Shown: one piece after another, positions 1-10,433 of the stretch | Numbering within the stretch: position 1 is the first letter of the stretch | How the letters are laid out: each line of letters opens with the position of its first letter | NCBI GenBank assembly: GCA_963676395.1 | Contig: OY781066.1 | Location: 1,216,001 to 1,280,000, forward strand | DNA from: a bacterium | GTDB taxonomy: Bacteria > Fidelibacterota > Fidelibacteria > Fidelibacterales > Fidelibacteraceae | Length of the DNA stretch: 64,000 nt | Direction: 5' to 3' | The notes under the pieces: generated by a model | The model's input: the letters and a program-made list of their open reading frames with translations, nothing else | Told to the model about the DNA's origin: nothing | The model's database searches: none | Program-made: the position numbers and the translations under genes

Positions 1-8
1 TCAAAAAT

Positions 9-1271
9 TTGGATGTAAATTCTTGCAGTATGGGGACGATATACTGCAAAAATTTCACACCTTATTTAGAGGTTTTCGAACCACGCACTGCATATATTTC
101 AGAGTTAAGGCTTCAATATGTCTGGAAGCAAATTCTTTGGAATAATCCTTTAGAGGACGATCGAGGTAGGAGTATTCGCGTGCTTTCCGTTGGAAGACAT
201 AATCATAGCGATGGTCCGGATTTTTTGGATGCACGCATAACGATAGATGGAAAATTAAGCATTGGAGATATCGAGATTCACTTTAGAGCATCCGATTGGT
301 ATGCCCATAAACACCAATTGGATGAACGATATAACAACTGTATTCTGCATGTTGTTTTTCAAGATCCCGGCTCTTCGGCTATTGCCAAAACACAAAATGG
401 AGCAAGGCTACCTGTTTGTTATATTCCATTAGATGATGTCTATGATTATGAAGCTCCCGGTTCCTGTCGGATATTTAAGGCCAACAAGGAGTCATATTAC
501 AAATTATTATTTAAACGAGGATGGGATAGATTTAATAAAAAAGTAAAATATTTTTACGAGAACAGATCCCGGTTTCCTCGTGATGTGATGCTTTACTGGG
601 GGTTGTTTAAAGGCAGCGGTTATAGATATAACGAAGAAAATATGATCAAGCTATTTCTACGCTTTCCATGGGCGGCATTTTGTGATCAATTATTGGATAA
701 GAATGATATTCATCCTATGCTTAATGAATTAGCAGGGTTTACAAATTTTAATCATGATGAAAACAGAATTAAGTGGACGTATTCAAGAACACGACCTGCT
801 CATTTTCCCGAAAGACGCATAGCGTGGTTAGCAAACTTAATGTATAAGAATTATCGTTCTTCACTTTGCGATATTATATATGAGAATTGTAAAAATAAAA
901 ATACAGTTAAACCGGTCAGGGATATATTGTTTAATACACGTTTGTTAAATATCCCGGGACCCGGTATACAATTGGAAATAATACTCAATACCGTGTTGCC
1001 CTTGCTTGAATCTATTCGCATGGAAAACAAAGATAAGGATTCTATGAAATTATTGATAAAAAATTTTGTGGAATCCGCAAAGATGCCTCATGTATATGGT
1101 GTGGTGCGGCGATTTCACGACAAACATGGGATTTCCCAAAATGATATAGAACAAAGATCCTGGATTGTTTCTCAAGGAGTTTTGTCAATTCATGAACACT
1201 ATTGTTCTCAAGGAGGGCAATTAAAATGTCCGATTTGTTTAATGAATGAGGATAAAGTAACTCAACATTGA
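9..1271 (+). CDS. DUF2851 family protein
   Basis: Has E-x-x-LQYVW, N-x-x-x-GPDF, GDIEIH-x-x-x-SDWYAHKH-x-x-D-x-x-YNNCILHVV and R-P-A-H-F-P-x-x-R motifs, plus a C-terminal C-x6-C-P-I-C, all typical of DUF2851. Exact start is uncertain. Confidence 0.85.
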   Translation: MDVNSCSMGTIYCKNFTPYLEVFEPRTAYISELRLQYVWKQILWNNPLEDDRGRSIRVLSVGRHNHSDGPDFLDARITIDGKLSIGDIEIHFRASDWYAHKHQLDERYNNCILHVVFQDPGSSAIAKTQNGARLPVCYIPLDDVYDYEAPGSCRIFKANKESYYKLLFKRGWDRFNKKVKYFYENRSRFPRDVMLYWGLFKGSGYRYNEENMIKLFLRFPWAAFCDQLLDKNDIHPMLNELAGFTNFNHDENRIKWTYSRTRPAHFPERRIAWLANLMYKNYRSSLCDIIYENCKNKNTVKPVRDILFNTRLLNIPGPGIQLEIILNTVLPLLESIRMENKDKDSMKLLIKNFVESAKMPHVYGVVRRFHDKHGISQNDIEQRSWIVSQGVLSIHEHYCSQGGQLKCPICLMNEDKVTQH

Positions 1272-1383
1272 ATATTTATTAAGGAAAATGATATTAAGAG
1301 TTAATCTTATCACTTTCAACTGCCAATAGACTCCACGTATTTTTTCATTTTTTCACTGCCGAAAAATCCCTACATTTCAAATT

Positions 1384-1881
1384 ATGAAAAACTACTATTC
1401 AAGTACAGAATGGGCGACTCTAAAACAGCTTGTTGATGAAAAAAAAAATATGGGTGAGAAGCTGGTTTTTACCAATGGTTGTTATGATATTTTACATCCC
1501 GGACACCTTGCGCTTCTTAGTTTTGCAAAGAAACAAGGTGAATTCGTTGTGCTTGGTTTAAATAGCGATGAGAGTGTACGTCGTTTAAAAGGTAAATCTC
1601 GTCCTGTGAATTCTGAGATTATTCGTGCAAAAAATCTTTTAGATACAGCTTTAATTGATGCTGTGGTCGTGTATGAAGAAGATACTCCGCAGGAAATTAC
1701 CGATTATTTTAAACCGGATATTTTAATTAAGGGTGGTGATTATAGCATTGAGACTATCGTTGGTGCACCTGAAGTTGTCGCGCGAGGTGGAGAAGTACTC
1801 ATATTTCCCTTGTTGCAAGGACATTCAACAAGTAGAATAATTGAGGAAGAGAGAAAAAACAAAGAAACAAATCAATTTTAA
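1384..1881 (+). CDS. rfaE2: D-glycero-beta-D-manno-heptose 1-phosphate adenylyltransferase (RfaE domain II)
   Basis: FTNGCYDILHPGH (HxGH), GLNSDESVRRLKG-x-x-RP, PDILIKGGDY and STS motifs. Confidence 0.9.
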   Translation: MKNYYSSTEWATLKQLVDEKKNMGEKLVFTNGCYDILHPGHLALLSFAKKQGEFVVLGLNSDESVRRLKGKSRPVNSEIIRAKNLLDTALIDAVVVYEEDTPQEITDYFKPDILIKGGDYSIETIVGAPEVVARGGEVLIFPLLQGHSTSRIIEEERKNKETNQF

Positions 1882-1883
1882 GG

Positions 1884-2783
1884 GTGTTGTTGTTTATGAT
1901 GAAACGAAATATTCAAAAGACGATCTTTGCATTTATAATGCTTCTTGTATTTAGCATTCCAAGTCTTTATGCCGCGGATGTTATGAAAATCTTGGAAGGT
2001 TATGGTCGTGATTCAATTTCAACATTTTCCACGCAGCACGCACAATCTGAAGCAGCAAAAGTCTTTAATTTACTTTTGGAATCCAATGGCGAGATAACCG
2101 CCGAAAAATCTGAAGAATATTTGAATAAAAGTCAATCTCCAACAATGAAAGCATATTTGGCAGTGATATTGGCAGATTATGCTTTTGTAAATTATAATTT
2201 TGACAGTGGCTTGCGTTATTTAAAACGAGCGGTTGAGGAATACGATGACATCAGAAATGATAGTTATTATCGTCTTGTTTTATCACGGGCGCAAAAAGCT
2301 ATTCTTGAATCACCGGGGAAATCAGGAGATCGGAAGGCGTCGGTTTTAGATAACTACTCACCTCGTGCCTATACAAAAGCTCCCAGTATAAAGAAGCAGG
2401 ATGTTAAAGCGGTTCAAGAAGCAAAAAAAACGATACCCAAGCCCGCAGAAAATATGGTTATACAAAATGAAGAATCTCAAAACCCACTTGAAACAAAACC
2501 TGTAGAACAAGATAAACCCACAACGTCTCCCGAGGTAGTAAAAACCATAAATTATCGTATGCAAATTGGAGCTTTTGGTGTTCAAGAAAACGCACTGAGA
2601 AAGCAGGTGTTTTTTGAAGAATTTGGGTATCCGGTACACATTGAACATAGAAAATCAAACGGAAAGACACTGTATTTGGTTCAGGTTGGTGAGTTTGTTA
2701 CTTATCAAGAGGCCAAAGCGGGATTATCTCGCCTTAAATCAAGCTTTCCTTCCGAAGATGGAATTGTTGTAAAGGTAAAATAA
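1884..2783 (+). CDS. SPOR domain-containing exported protein
   Basis: Signal peptide, then a low-complexity linker, then a C-terminal SPOR domain (YRMQIGAF...NA...YLVQVGEF...EA). Start may be ATG 1896. Confidence 0.8.
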   Translation: MLLFMMKRNIQKTIFAFIMLLVFSIPSLYAADVMKILEGYGRDSISTFSTQHAQSEAAKVFNLLLESNGEITAEKSEEYLNKSQSPTMKAYLAVILADYAFVNYNFDSGLRYLKRAVEEYDDIRNDSYYRLVLSRAQKAILESPGKSGDRKASVLDNYSPRAYTKAPSIKKQDVKAVQEAKKTIPKPAENMVIQNEESQNPLETKPVEQDKPTTSPEVVKTINYRMQIGAFGVQENALRKQVFFEEFGYPVHIEHRKSNGKTLYLVQVGEFVTYQEAKAGLSRLKSSFPSEDGIVVKVK

Positions 2784-2785
2784 TA

Positions 2786-5140
2786 ATGAAATCATATCGT
2801 ATTTTAATATTGCTGTTGTTAACAAGCATTACTTTGGTATATGCCATTGTTGGGGATTGGGTTTCGTATGGGTCAAAATTAACCCAATGGGATTTATATT
2901 TAGTTGATGGAAATATTAAGTCGGCTTCTCACGGCGGTACCGTGATGTTCAACCCTGATAATGAGGTGTTTATTAATGACCCTTTCGCAGATAAATTAGC
3001 TCATATAGATATTCTTTCGATGTATATAAATACTGATGGTAGTCAGTGGTATTCATATGCTTCGGGGGTAAAAGGTATTTCGTGCTTGAATCCCAATGGT
3101 AATAATGAATACTTTGATCTTGATTTTTCTCAAGGAAATGCCTTTGCCGGAAGAGACGGTCATGTGTTTTTATTGTATCAACCCGATCTAACGCCTCAAT
3201 TGGCACATTTTGTTAAATATCGTGAGAGTTATATTTACCACGATTCATATAATCAATTTCCGGGTAATCCCACACAGATTTATGATCTTCAAGTATTAGG
3301 TGATAGTTTGTTTTTGTCTACAGATGTTGGCTTGATTAAAGCCTGGGTTGGCAATACAAATCTAAAACCGCAAAGCGCATGGGAGAGCGTTGTTCTAGAA
3401 ACAAATGGACTCCCCATTGCCCTGGGTGGTGTTAATGATACTCTTTATTGGGCGGATGATAGTAGTAAGATATTTAAGTATGCAGAGGGTGTTTCTAGTG
3501 AAATAATGTCATTTACCGGCGAGGTTGTAGATTTCAATATTAAGGATAATGGTTTGAGTTTTGCTTCAACGTCAGGTGTATATGACTTAATTGACGAATC
3601 AAGAGTATATCAAGCTCAAACAAATATTACAGGTATTTTGTTTGAAGGTGATACTTTATGGGTTGCAGAAGAGGGTAAGGGACTTTGCCGGATTTTACCT
3701 TCGGCTCAAGCCGGTAAGCGCTTTATTCCCAATACTATGAATGATCTTACTGCAAATTCTTTGGAGATTGATGTTGACCATAAGGTTTATGTATCAGGAT
3801 TGGAAGGTGTTGCGATTCTAGATGGTGATAGTTGGCACAATTTGGTATATTCGCCATATGTAGAAGAGATACATGATAAAATTCATTCGGATAAATATTC
3901 TGCAGACACATTAAATATTGCCTATCACGGTGGTTCAGGTGAAAGATTGGTTTATGATGCCATGATTTCTTCTTCGGGGAAACTGTATTCAACCATAACT
4001 CATTGCAGAATTAAACCGGTTCCCGGGCAGTCGGAGAACGCAAAAGGGCCGGGTGCATTATATGAGATTGATTTAAATGATTATTCAAACTACGAAGCCT
4101 ATGATACAACGAATAATATGTTCGAAGGAACTCAAGGTCTGGGAGCAGGTTCTGAGTCGTATTTGATAATGGGTGGTATTGCAGAGTACAATAAAAATAT
4201 CTATGTGTTAAATCGACATACCCTTCTTGGAGAAACACTGGTACGCCTGAGTCCTAATGGAAATGTTCGCCGATATTCAAAAGAAGATTCAAATGACTAC
4301 CTTCAGGTATTGGCGAGAGAAATGGTGGTCGACAGATTCGGTAGGATATGGATAGCTAATCAGGCCAGACAGGAAGATGTTCCCCGGACAGACGGAGGTA
4401 TTACGGTTTATGATCCCAATAGTAATAATTGGGCGATTTTAAACACTTATGATGGATTAATATCTAATGATGTTTATTCTCTGGATGTTGACCCTCTGAC
4501 CGGTAATATTTGGGCAGCAACCGCTGCCGGCGTCCAGATGATTTACTTGCCGTCATCAATTTCATCTACAACTGATTTTACTCTTAACCCCGAGATATCA
4601 GGTTTGGATAATATGGTTCCCGTTAAGATCAGGATTGATTCTCAAAGCAATAAATGGATTATAACTCAAAGTCAGGGTGTTCAAATTTATATGTCAAATA
4701 ACCGTTATTATAATGATGGAGCCGGTTTGAAGACGGAAAACTCCGGACTTCTTGATAATGTGGTTTTTGATGTGGTTTTCGATTCAAAAAACGGGTACGC
4801 ATATTTACTTACTGCTTCCGGATTGAATCGATTTGAAATAGCATGGACAGAAGAACAGGGAAGCATGGATGATGTCATTGTTTTTCCACAACCGTTTAGG
4901 CCGGGTGTAGACCCGTATATTGCATTTGATGGATTAGCAGAGCAGAGCCATGTTCGCATTACAAGTATTGATGGTCGGGTTATTCATACATTTGATTCCG
5001 ATTCAGAAAACAATTTCGAAAAACAGGTTGTTTGGGACGGGAAGCTGGCAAATGGTGAATATATTTCTCGCGGTGTTTATTTAGCTTTTGTTACAAATAT
5101 TGATGGATTAAAAGCCAGCGTAAAATTTGCCGTAGAATAA
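2786..5140 (+). CDS. PorZ-like beta-propeller protein with C-terminal T9SS-type/FlgD-Ig sorting domain
   Basis: Signal peptide, VGDWVSY N-terminus, Reg_prop-like repeats (GLISNDVYSLDVD...GNIWAAT; DSQSNKWI) and C-terminal VFPQPF...WDG...GVY. Confidence 0.7.
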   Translation: MKSYRILILLLLTSITLVYAIVGDWVSYGSKLTQWDLYLVDGNIKSASHGGTVMFNPDNEVFINDPFADKLAHIDILSMYINTDGSQWYSYASGVKGISCLNPNGNNEYFDLDFSQGNAFAGRDGHVFLLYQPDLTPQLAHFVKYRESYIYHDSYNQFPGNPTQIYDLQVLGDSLFLSTDVGLIKAWVGNTNLKPQSAWESVVLETNGLPIALGGVNDTLYWADDSSKIFKYAEGVSSEIMSFTGEVVDFNIKDNGLSFASTSGVYDLIDESRVYQAQTNITGILFEGDTLWVAEEGKGLCRILPSAQAGKRFIPNTMNDLTANSLEIDVDHKVYVSGLEGVAILDGDSWHNLVYSPYVEEIHDKIHSDKYSADTLNIAYHGGSGERLVYDAMISSSGKLYSTITHCRIKPVPGQSENAKGPGALYEIDLNDYSNYEAYDTTNNMFEGTQGLGAGSESYLIMGGIAEYNKNIYVLNRHTLLGETLVRLSPNGNVRRYSKEDSNDYLQVLAREMVVDRFGRIWIANQARQEDVPRTDGGITVYDPNSNNWAILNTYDGLISNDVYSLDVDPLTGNIWAATAAGVQMIYLPSSISSTTDFTLNPEISGLDNMVPVKIRIDSQSNKWIITQSQGVQIYMSNNRYYNDGAGLKTENSGLLDNVVFDVVFDSKNGYAYLLTASGLNRFEIAWTEEQGSMDDVIVFPQPFRPGVDPYIAFDGLAEQSHVRITSIDGRVIHTFDSDSENNFEKQVVWDGKLANGEYISRGVYLAFVTNIDGLKASVKFAVE

Positions 5141-5152
5141 TAATAAATTATA

Positions 5153-5887
5153 ATGGAAACTGTGGAAAAGATCATTGGGTCTCATTTATATATGATAGAT
5201 GAGATTGATTCTACAAACAAAGAGTTATTAGAAAATGTTCAAAAGTATGAACACGGTTCATTGCTTTGTGCAAAAAAACAGAATGCCGGCAGAGGACGCT
5301 ATAAGCGAGAGTGGAAGTCACAAGAAGGTGGCTTATATTTCTCATATATCTTGAAAGATCAACAGAGTATAACAAATATTTATCCTATGGTTCTGCTTAC
5401 TGCATTGGCTGTCGTTCGATCAATATCATTTTGTTCGATCAAAGGTATTGCTATAAAGTGGCCAAATGATATCTATGTAAACCATAGAAAGCTTTGTGGT
5501 ATATTGGCAGAATCGGTGAGTATGGGAAATAAGAGTCATGTTGTCGTTGGTGTGGGGCTTAACGTGAATAATCACGTTGCAAACTTGGAAGATTTGCGCC
5601 ATCCGGCTGTTTCACTGAAAGAGTGCAGTGGCGCGACTGTTGATGTTTTTCAGGTGTTGGAATATATTATCGAAGAGCTCAATAGCCTTTATTTCCTATT
5701 TAAGCAAGAAAGATTTTCAGAGCTATTACCTGAATTGAATCGCTATTTATATTCAAAGGATTCCCAAATCGAAATACAAACTCCTTCTGGAAAAAAAACA
5801 ATAATACCTTTAGCTTTTACAAATGATGCGAAATTACACTGTCTTGAAAGCGGGAAAGAGATAGATTTATTTATGGGTGAATTTTAA
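5153..5887 (+). CDS. birA: Biotin-[acetyl-CoA-carboxylase] ligase (class I, no HTH)
   Basis: IDSTN, QNAGRGR, IKWPNDI, KLCGILAE and VGVGLNV motifs. Confidence 0.95.
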   Translation: METVEKIIGSHLYMIDEIDSTNKELLENVQKYEHGSLLCAKKQNAGRGRYKREWKSQEGGLYFSYILKDQQSITNIYPMVLLTALAVVRSISFCSIKGIAIKWPNDIYVNHRKLCGILAESVSMGNKSHVVVGVGLNVNNHVANLEDLRHPAVSLKECSGATVDVFQVLEYIIEELNSLYFLFKQERFSELLPELNRYLYSKDSQIEIQTPSGKKTIIPLAFTNDAKLHCLESGKEIDLFMGEF

Positions 5888-5938
5888 TATTGTTGTGACC
5901 AGAAAAACTGCTTTTAAATGGAATAAGAATTACGCCCT

Positions 5939-7144
5939 TTAATTTTTTGTTTTTATAGACATAGTAATCATTGCCAAAAGAGCAATTATGCCAAAACATG
6001 TTCCAACGAGCACAGACCCATTAAAACCATCGCCGGGTACTAAGCTAAACAATAATAGCACTGCAGAAAACAAAATTCTTCCCAATAAGCTTTTGGTAGA
6101 ATAATATGTGGCCCTAAGAGTTGGCGATAACTTGTGAGTTGTGCCGGCGCGAACTATCGGATTGCTGATGGCTGATGGCAATCCGCGTAATATGAGCAAG
6201 AATATGATAATATAAGAATCTCTTATTGCCATGATAGAAATTGCAAGAGTTGAGATCAATGTTAGAACGATCAAAGCGCCCTTGGTTCCGAGATAATTTT
6301 GGATCTTTATAGATCGTTTAGCAAAGAAGGAGGCTATAATCATCGAAAGTGTAGTGTGAAACCCCAGGATCAAAGGGCTTGCTTCGGTGAGTTTAAAATT
6401 ATTAAAATTTCCCAGCATTGAATTGATATACACTTGATAAAGTTCGTAAGGAATATGATTTAATACAGTAAGTAAAACCGTAAAGACAAATAGATAACGA
6501 AGCATAGGATCGCGGAGTTTTTTAATGACTTTCTTAATCTGTAAAAAGGGTTTTTCAGGTGCTTCCTTTTGTGGATTTGCTTGATCAGGATCGACCATTA
6601 ATATTACCATACATAAAGATAGAAAAGCAAAGATCATAGATAAAGCATAGGCAATTTGAAATTCACTTAACCAAGCAAAGAAACCACCGACTATGGCTGC
6701 TAAGCCAATAGATAATAATCCGTTTGAGGAAAGTCGCGCTTCCCTTTCTCCGTATTCTGAGCCTTTACCAATGGCAGAAAGTAGTCCATAATGAAGTGAA
6801 GTATCAGTCCCGGAGGCGAAGGAAAAACCGATCGCCAGGAAGAATTGTGCGATAGCGAACATGCTAAATGACCCACCAAGAAAGAATAAAAAATATGAGA
6901 TTGTCAAGCTTGTGCTTGAGATCAGAAGGGTTTTCTTCCTTCCAAAAAAATCAGAGAAATATCCCGAAGGCACTTCAAGTAAAAAGACAGAAGCATAATA
7001 AATAGCTTCTAAAAGAAAAACTTGTTTAAGGGTAACTACGCTCGAGAAATAAAGAACAAACAGTGGTGTCCAAAAATAAGCTCGTGTAAAGATTACATAC
7101 CAGGAATATGCTTTAAGAGATTGATTAATGGTTGTTTTATCCAG
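5939..7144 (-). CDS. MFS transporter
   Basis: EVPSGYFSDFFGRKK is MFS motif A, with many TM helices. The frame stays open 57 codons upstream of the tracked start (LDKTTINQSLKAYSWYVIFTRAYFWTPLFVLYF...LLEVPSG), giving the missing first TM helices. Probable CTG start at 7144. Confidence 0.85.
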   Translation of the reverse strand: MDKTTINQSLKAYSWYVIFTRAYFWTPLFVLYFSSVVTLKQVFLLEAIYYASVFLLEVPSGYFSDFFGRKKTLLISSTSLTISYFLFFLGGSFSMFAIAQFFLAIGFSFASGTDTSLHYGLLSAIGKGSEYGEREARLSSNGLLSIGLAAIVGGFFAWLSEFQIAYALSMIFAFLSLCMVILMVDPDQANPQKEAPEKPFLQIKKVIKKLRDPMLRYLFVFTVLLTVLNHIPYELYQVYINSMLGNFNNFKLTEASPLILGFHTTLSMIIASFFAKRSIKIQNYLGTKGALIVLTLISTLAISIMAIRDSYIIIFLLILRGLPSAISNPIVRAGTTHKLSPTLRATYYSTKSLLGRILFSAVLLLFSLVPGDGFNGSVLVGTCFGIIALLAMITMSIKTKN

Positions 7145-7159
7145 GTACTAACTCACAGG

Positions 7160-7345
7160 TTATTTTTTGTTGTTATTTCTGAAGCCTTCACTCAGTCGTC
7201 CAAGGGTTATAAATATAACCCCCAATACTATCAGAGAGATCCCTAACGCAATGTTGGCTGCTAAGATAAAGACAAAACCAACAGCCATAATAATAAATCC
7301 CATTCCGGCAAAAGGTCTGGGATCATCTTTTTTTTGATTGCTCAC
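7160..7345 (-). CDS. Small two-TM membrane protein
   Basis: 61 aa with two hydrophobic helices. AAGGAG SD lies upstream of the GTG start, and the gene sits directly ahead of the MFS gene. Confidence 0.65.
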   Translation of the reverse strand: MSNQKKDDPRPFAGMGFIIMAVGFVFILAANIALGISLIVLGVIFITLGRLSEGFRNNNKK

Positions 7346-7489
7346 GATGTACTCCTTATATTTCTATTGCCAGAAATAATTATCATTAATTCCAAATCCT
7401 CAAAGATTTAATCTCTATCTCTCAAAAAAACCACCATAATTTTAATTAATAATTGTTGTTCTGTCTTTGGTTAAATTAATTAAAAATAA

Positions 7490-10108
7490 TTATGGCATAT
7501 AATCAAGGATGTTGTTCATGATATCATCCATTTTTGATGCGTTTTTACCTCCGGCTGTTGCCATGTGAGGTTTACCGCCACCGCCACCGCCAAGAGCTTT
7601 CCCCAATTCTCTAACGATATTTCCAGCCTTAAAACCTTCTTTTACAAGATCGTCGCTGATTACACATAATACTTGCGGAGTATCTTTGATTATTGTCCCA
7701 AAAACAACCAAACCACTTTTCATTTTTTCTCTAACTTTGTCTCCAAGTGTTTTTAGCTGATCCATGTTTTCAACTTCAATTTGGTTGACAAAGAGAGGTT
7801 TTTCTTTGTAGTTAACTTCATTGATGAGATATGCGTCAATATCAAGAGTAAGTAATTTTGATTTGAGCTCCTCGTTCTCTTTTTCAAGAATGCGGGCGCG
7901 TGATATCATTTCATTGACTTTTTCTGATATTTTGTCCTCGGATAGCTTGAGGTCGTCTTTTAATGTTATCACAAGCTCTTGCTGTTCCTTTAGATATTTC
8001 AATGCAGTAGAACCGGTGATTGCTTCTATACGTCGTACACCGGACGCGACTGACGTTTCGTTAATAATAATAAATAAACCAATATCGCCGGAACGTTTGA
8101 CATGAGTACCGCCACAAAGCTCTTTAGATACATTACCTATGTTGACAACGCGTACATTATCGCCATACTTTTCCCCAAATAATGCTTGAGCTCCAGAACT
8201 TATGGCTTCATCATAGCTCAGAAGTTCCGTTTCGACTTTGTAGTTTTGCATGATTAACGTATTGATATGCTCTTGAAGTTCCAGCTGTTGGCCGGCACTT
8301 ACTTTTTCGAAATGAGTGAAATCAAATCTTAAATATTCGGGACCTACAAAAGAACCTGCTTGATGCACATGATCACCTAACATGTTTCTTAGTTCAGAGT
8401 GAAGCAGGTGAGTTGCTGAGTGATTACGTGCAGTATCGCGTCGGAGGCTTTTTTGTACTTCAAGTTTTGCGGAAATAGATTTAGTACTACTGTCGACAGG
8501 AGAGCCTTCAACAATATGTACAATATCGTCGTTCATTTTTTTTGTATCAACAATAAGATGTTCAACGCCGCTATCAACATTGTCTTTTTGCAATGTCATT
8601 TTACCTTTGTCGCCAACCTGTCCTCCCGATTCGGCGTAGAAAGGAGTGTTTTCGAACACAAGATATGTAAGCTTATCGTCAATGGCATATTTAATCAGTT
8701 TGGTTTCCAATTCGTATGTTTCATAACCGGCAAATTCTGAGCTTTTATCTTTTTCCAGGATGATCCAATTCAACTCGTTGGAACTCTTCATGCTGAACTT
8801 TCCAGCCGCTCTAGCCCGTTCGCGTTGTGCTTTCATAAGATCGAGGAATTCTTCTTCGTTTACGTCTAATCCTTTTTCTTCTGCAAGAAGGCGAGTTAAG
8901 TCAACCGGAAAACCATAGGTATCATACAAACGAAAGACTTCTTCGGAATCCAAAACCTTTGAGCTGGATTTTTTTGCTTGTTTAGCTATCTTTTCGAAAA
9001 GCTCAAGTCCTTTGTCGAGAGTATTTCCGAAAGATTCTTCTTCGGATTTAATAATCCTTTGGATATGGTCGCGTTGCTTTGCAATTTCCGGATAGATATC
9101 ACCAAGTATGCGAACAACAGCGGGTACCAATCTGTAAAGAAAAGGTTCTTTTAGTCCAAGTTCACGACCAAAGCGGGCGGCACGTCTAAGAATGCGACGA
9201 AGAACATACGCGCGGCCTTCGTTGCCGGGTATGGCACCATCTGCAATGGATACCGATAACATACGTATATGGTCGGCAATCACGCGGTGGGGCATACCTT
9301 TGTCACCTTCTTCATAGGCAACGTTTGAAAGTGTTTCGATTTGTTCAATGATAGGAATGAATAAGTCTGTGTCGTAATTTGATTTCTTTCCATTCATTAC
9401 TGCGACAATGCGCTCAAATCCGGCACCGGTATCAATATGCTTTTCTTTTAGAGGATTTAAGTTTCCATCCTTATCGCGGTCGTATTGCATAAAAACCAAG
9501 TTCCATAATTCCATGTATTCCGGATTGTCTGCGTTAACCTGAGTCGGGTCTTGGTTCTCAATATCATTGCCTGAATAATAATGAATTTCAGAGCAAGGAC
9601 CGCAAGGGCCGATATCACCCATTGACCAGAAGTTATCTTCTGCACCGCATTTTAGCAAATGATCGGGCTCTAAGTCCGGGATGGTATTCCAGATTTCGTA
9701 AGCTTCATTATCCTCAGTATAAACGGAGGCATAAAGTCGTTTGGGGTCAAGTTTCCAAACTTTTGTAAATAATTCCCAGGCCCATTGAATCGCTTCTTTT
9801 TTATAGTAATCACCAAAACTCCAAGATCCAAGCATTTCAAAAAAAGTATGGTGGTAATGATCGCGTCCCACGGCTTCAAGATCGTTATGTTTTCCGCTGA
9901 CACGAATACATTTCTGTGAGTTAACTGCTCGTTTATAAGGAGCTTTTGTTTCGCCTAGGAAAAAAGGTTTAAACTGGTTCATCCCCGCATTGGTGAAAAG
10001 CAGGGTAGGGTCGTTTTGCGGTACCACCGGAGCAGAGGCGACGAATTTATGTTTAAGCTTTTGCTCAAAGTATTCAATGAATTGTTTTCTGATCGTTTTT
10101 GAGTCCAT
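7490..10108 (-). CDS. alaS: Alanine--tRNA ligase
   Basis: DPTLLFTNAGMNQFK, HHTFFEMLG, editing motifs HSATHLLH and ELCGGTH, C-terminal GGGGGKP. Start placed at ATG 10108 (MDSKTIR) after an AAGGA SD. Confidence 0.98.
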   Translation of the reverse strand: MDSKTIRKQFIEYFEQKLKHKFVASAPVVPQNDPTLLFTNAGMNQFKPFFLGETKAPYKRAVNSQKCIRVSGKHNDLEAVGRDHYHHTFFEMLGSWSFGDYYKKEAIQWAWELFTKVWKLDPKRLYASVYTEDNEAYEIWNTIPDLEPDHLLKCGAEDNFWSMGDIGPCGPCSEIHYYSGNDIENQDPTQVNADNPEYMELWNLVFMQYDRDKDGNLNPLKEKHIDTGAGFERIVAVMNGKKSNYDTDLFIPIIEQIETLSNVAYEEGDKGMPHRVIADHIRMLSVSIADGAIPGNEGRAYVLRRILRRAARFGRELGLKEPFLYRLVPAVVRILGDIYPEIAKQRDHIQRIIKSEEESFGNTLDKGLELFEKIAKQAKKSSSKVLDSEEVFRLYDTYGFPVDLTRLLAEEKGLDVNEEEFLDLMKAQRERARAAGKFSMKSSNELNWIILEKDKSSEFAGYETYELETKLIKYAIDDKLTYLVFENTPFYAESGGQVGDKGKMTLQKDNVDSGVEHLIVDTKKMNDDIVHIVEGSPVDSSTKSISAKLEVQKSLRRDTARNHSATHLLHSELRNMLGDHVHQAGSFVGPEYLRFDFTHFEKVSAGQQLELQEHINTLIMQNYKVETELLSYDEAISSGAQALFGEKYGDNVRVVNIGNVSKELCGGTHVKRSGDIGLFIIINETSVASGVRRIEAITGSTALKYLKEQQELVITLKDDLKLSEDKISEKVNEMISRARILEKENEELKSKLLTLDIDAYLINEVNYKEKPLFVNQIEVENMDQLKTLGDKVREKMKSGLVVFGTIIKDTPQVLCVISDDLVKEGFKAGNIVRELGKALGGGGGGKPHMATAGGKNASKMDDIMNNILDYMP

Positions 10109-10143
10109 TATTTTCCTTTTCTGTTCCAATTACATTTCGTTGA

Positions 10144-10174
10144 CAAATGTAGTTAAAGAAATGATTAAATGCAA
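10144..10174 (-). promoter_or_regulatory. Putative alaS promoter
   Basis: Minus strand TTGCAT-N17-TACATTTG, about 35 nt upstream of the start. Confidence 0.6.
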
Positions 10175-10345
10175 TTAATTGCCTTTTATGAGTAGATAAC
10201 TTTTTACACTGGATAACATGGAAAGCGGGGGGATATGTTCTAACAGGATAACAAGATTTATATGATAAAGAGCTATACAAAATAGCATGAAACACTTAGT
10301 ATTGATAAATTATTATATCAAACTATCTCGTAATGATGTAGAAGT

Positions 10346-10391
10346 AAGAAATCCCGTCATGGATATGCTCCGACGGGATACGGGATTTCTT
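10346..10391 (-). terminator. Hairpin downstream of the ABC permease gene
   Basis: 12-bp perfect inverted repeat AAGAAATCCCGT...ACGGGATTTCTT. Confidence 0.6.
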
Positions 10392-10433
10392 TGGATAAGG
10401 TTTAAACCGAGTTATTGTGTTGAGGCCCAAAAT

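Noticed and set aside
10190..10270. Repeated GATAAC words resembling DnaA boxes (oriC?)
   Set aside because: Each has two or more mismatches to TGTGGATAA and no dnaA is nearby. The one perfect box seen (29735-29743) is isolated.
10110..10345. T-box leader for alaS
   Set aside because: No T-box consensus or leader terminator, and the promoter lies only about 35 nt from the start.
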